Virus record (IMG/VR): IMGVR_UViG_3300021387_000074
Reading direction: 5' to 3' (one strand)
Source of the DNA: a virus
Lineage: Duplodnaviria > Heunggongvirae > Uroviricota > Caudoviricetes
Length of the DNA stretch: 64,000 bases
Shown: piece by piece, positions 63,101-64,000 of the stretch
Layout: each line of letters opens with the position of its first letter
How positions within the stretch are numbered: position 1 is the stretch's first letter
Translations under genes and position numbers: made by a program
Notes under the pieces: model-generated
The model's input: the letters and a program-made list of their open reading frames with translations, nothing else
Told to the model about the DNA's origin: nothing
Database searches by the model: none

Positions 63101-64000
63101 AAGACAAGAAGAACTATAAACTTTGATAACCAAATTTCCAACACATCTGAAAATACAATTTACTCTAATTATTCTAACGATATTTCTGTAGATGGTTTGT
63201 TCTTCTTCCTTAACAGAAAGCTTGGAACAACTATAAACACAGATATTAATCAAGAACCAGCAGACGCTATAAACTACTGCGCTCTTGGTTTGAAAACAAA
63301 TGGTGCTCATATTAACAAAAATGCTTACATCTATAGACAAGCATTTATAAATGTTAACAATGGTGATAATGCAAGTACAACAGAAAATAACAGTAGTCTT
63401 GTTGTAAAAGGTCAGACTGTTTTAAACGGCGAACTTATTATTGGTAAAGATGCAGAAACAATTGACGATACTGCAGAACATACTTCTTCAACTTCTATTA
63501 TCAGAAACAGTAGCGATAAATATAAGAAGTATAATGAAGAGTATTTCACAACAGATAACAGTTTACATCTTTTGGAAAAAGACGGAGATGAATATCTTAA
63601 CGAAAACAAAGCAAACTGGCTATATGAGTTTGTAAACTTTGGACATTCTTATTTTGAAAAGGATATAACTGTAAAAGGTAAGTTTACAGAAAATACAGTT
63701 CTTAATAGAACTTTAACAATCTTAAACCATAATTACGCAAATTATGACTACAATGAAATAACACCAAATTGCCCTACAGGAGATGCACGTAAGGTTACTA
63801 AAACAGTTGTTGACTCTTATGATAGTAGTAGCAATAAACTACCAAGAAACAACGTTTCTTTCGATATTGAAAGCGGTTTAATCAAGTTTGGTAGCAACAC
63901 TCAGAAACTTGAGATGGATGACCAGTCTGACTTAGAACTTTATGGCTCTCAATGGATAAAGAGAAGACTTGAAATTAATGCCGACGGATCTGTTTTAAGA
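60131..64000 (+). CDS. Large tail-fibre-like protein, 3'-truncated (missing from ORF track)
   Basis: SD AGGAG; MKYKSYENSAEEF...VNRPLINILENQ; same frame reads open at the window end (RRLEINADGSVLR); Asn/Thr/Ser/Gly-rich. Confidence 0.7.
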   Translation, partial: MKYKSYENSAEEFASGLNTELLSSRDNVSARSVNRPLINILENQESNYNLIQTLLKTVYGNSNGIVPDVLENFAPEGFEIGSFKNDANNYFIRIPTGMMLLSKLVSEDYTDNNSNPFLKKGDYKYKDNVHSGDFLDDNLHSFVIENKPEINLYERELANLINLDLTDLTNDLRIYQKLVPMTVRVEIIDDSGNPRLSANGSPTYVTDNNSKTIYLAKSGLGDLDVYYGNTRATINSYNYSTTYDKTTNGETDNLNDEVIKQTVTYRENLQVKAGSTYTSDISKALILKDASGNEKVRTGYYMNVVRATSGDDEITWLPNKQQLAHWDVFLPELQLGSSTDVIANFYNENNELVETITFFYTDSLTQQELNDKFFGEVLYYSKNFNVEKIQANDETGNPIIGTRISVKNDSSYYDNYKMTISYSTVEASGTVTDNYRDAITNQPINNLAITKAQDQQYFTNIFDLTNAFLGCFSSYFVNITNIYNYLNLETIIKIANIRQSYALYYDLDGKLENQTNDKYDKTGRFYLTTDKTLSGNFVKLFEIDVEPNNVLPNNPVVKSVKSFFDPLDRRLISTKRAELNSLLSTTRTELNNYVHIKDADGNREIEMTEKFSDANNEQIRITSPITRITDVKDSTTHSSKATDGWTDSGEGDTLSDFFEESYEVINTTKPEDDSGFRKYIHNTTSGKKGIVINKNKGISIFNYDNSLISGNKYSYSRYKPIEISSSMGNINLFNTSNENGRINIANFTDSNSNIVDIKGKARIRSKNNDQLVIKKIGDINNLENSANIIFQVGNSKTKNDTDSLNSSNNAQNAVMGQLKFISGTTGNNNTNIVDENRIASLDITGIGGGTKAELKSIFEARNTKNFAGEGKLAISSYSSIVPNNNTITLGFPVNSRSYKFESNYIPYVTGEDVDANILASIKKSGNNYTGTSTEYIGNENRWAAAFINRGYFGRIILSDTASDIKNTDARNGALRLGNSNIFDVSSLFINKTRRTINFDNQISNTSENTIYSNYSNDISVDGLFFFLNRKLGTTINTDINQEPADAINYCALGLKTNGAHINKNAYIYRQAFINVNNGDNASTTENNSSLVVKGQTVLNGELIIGKDAETIDDTAEHTSSTSIIRNSSDKYKKYNEEYFTTDNSLHLLEKDGDEYLNENKANWLYEFVNFGHSYFEKDITVKGKFTENTVLNRTLTILNHNYANYDYNEITPNCPTGDARKVTKTVVDSYDSSSNKLPRNNVSFDIESGLIKFGSNTQKLEMDDQSDLELYGSQWIKRRLEINADGSVLR

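Noticed and set aside
1-64000. Stop-codon reassignment as seen in some large gut phages
   Set aside because: Long ORFs tile the window in the standard code, and TAG, TGA and TAA all end genes at sensible boundaries
1-64000. tRNA, rRNA, reverse transcriptase/DGR or tail sheath genes
   Set aside because: No such motifs recognised; intergenic gaps are short and mostly explained by terminators and promoters

Overview
64 kb of an AT-rich, standard-code, T4-like (myovirus-type) large phage genome. The host is most likely a Treponema-like spirochaete, inferred from a spirochaete FlaB-type flagellin and an adjacent exported protein. The window holds head genes (partial scaffold, gp23-like major capsid, gp21-like protease, probable internal head proteins), a contractile tail/baseplate module with oversized components, nucleotide and recombination genes (dUTPase, NrdD/NrdG, gp46/gp47), Hsp20, a HemN-like radical SAM enzyme and a DHH phosphoesterase. 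The main find is an intact phage-encoded flagellin that keeps its apparent host control elements: a sigma28 promoter, a CsrA-type GGA hexaloop over the ribosome-binding site, and the FliW-binding C-terminal segment. A second system is a putative phage late promoter (AAGTTAAT, 20 upstream copies including variants) that appears to make leaderless mRNAs and sits inside RBS-sequestering hairpins. Other signals: NrdR boxes before nrdD, a probable +1 frameshift in a tail-assembly gene pair, a nested-palindrome element at 19.2 kb and a local G/C skew flip near 43.5-44 kb. All assignments come from reading motifs by eye; no database searches were run.
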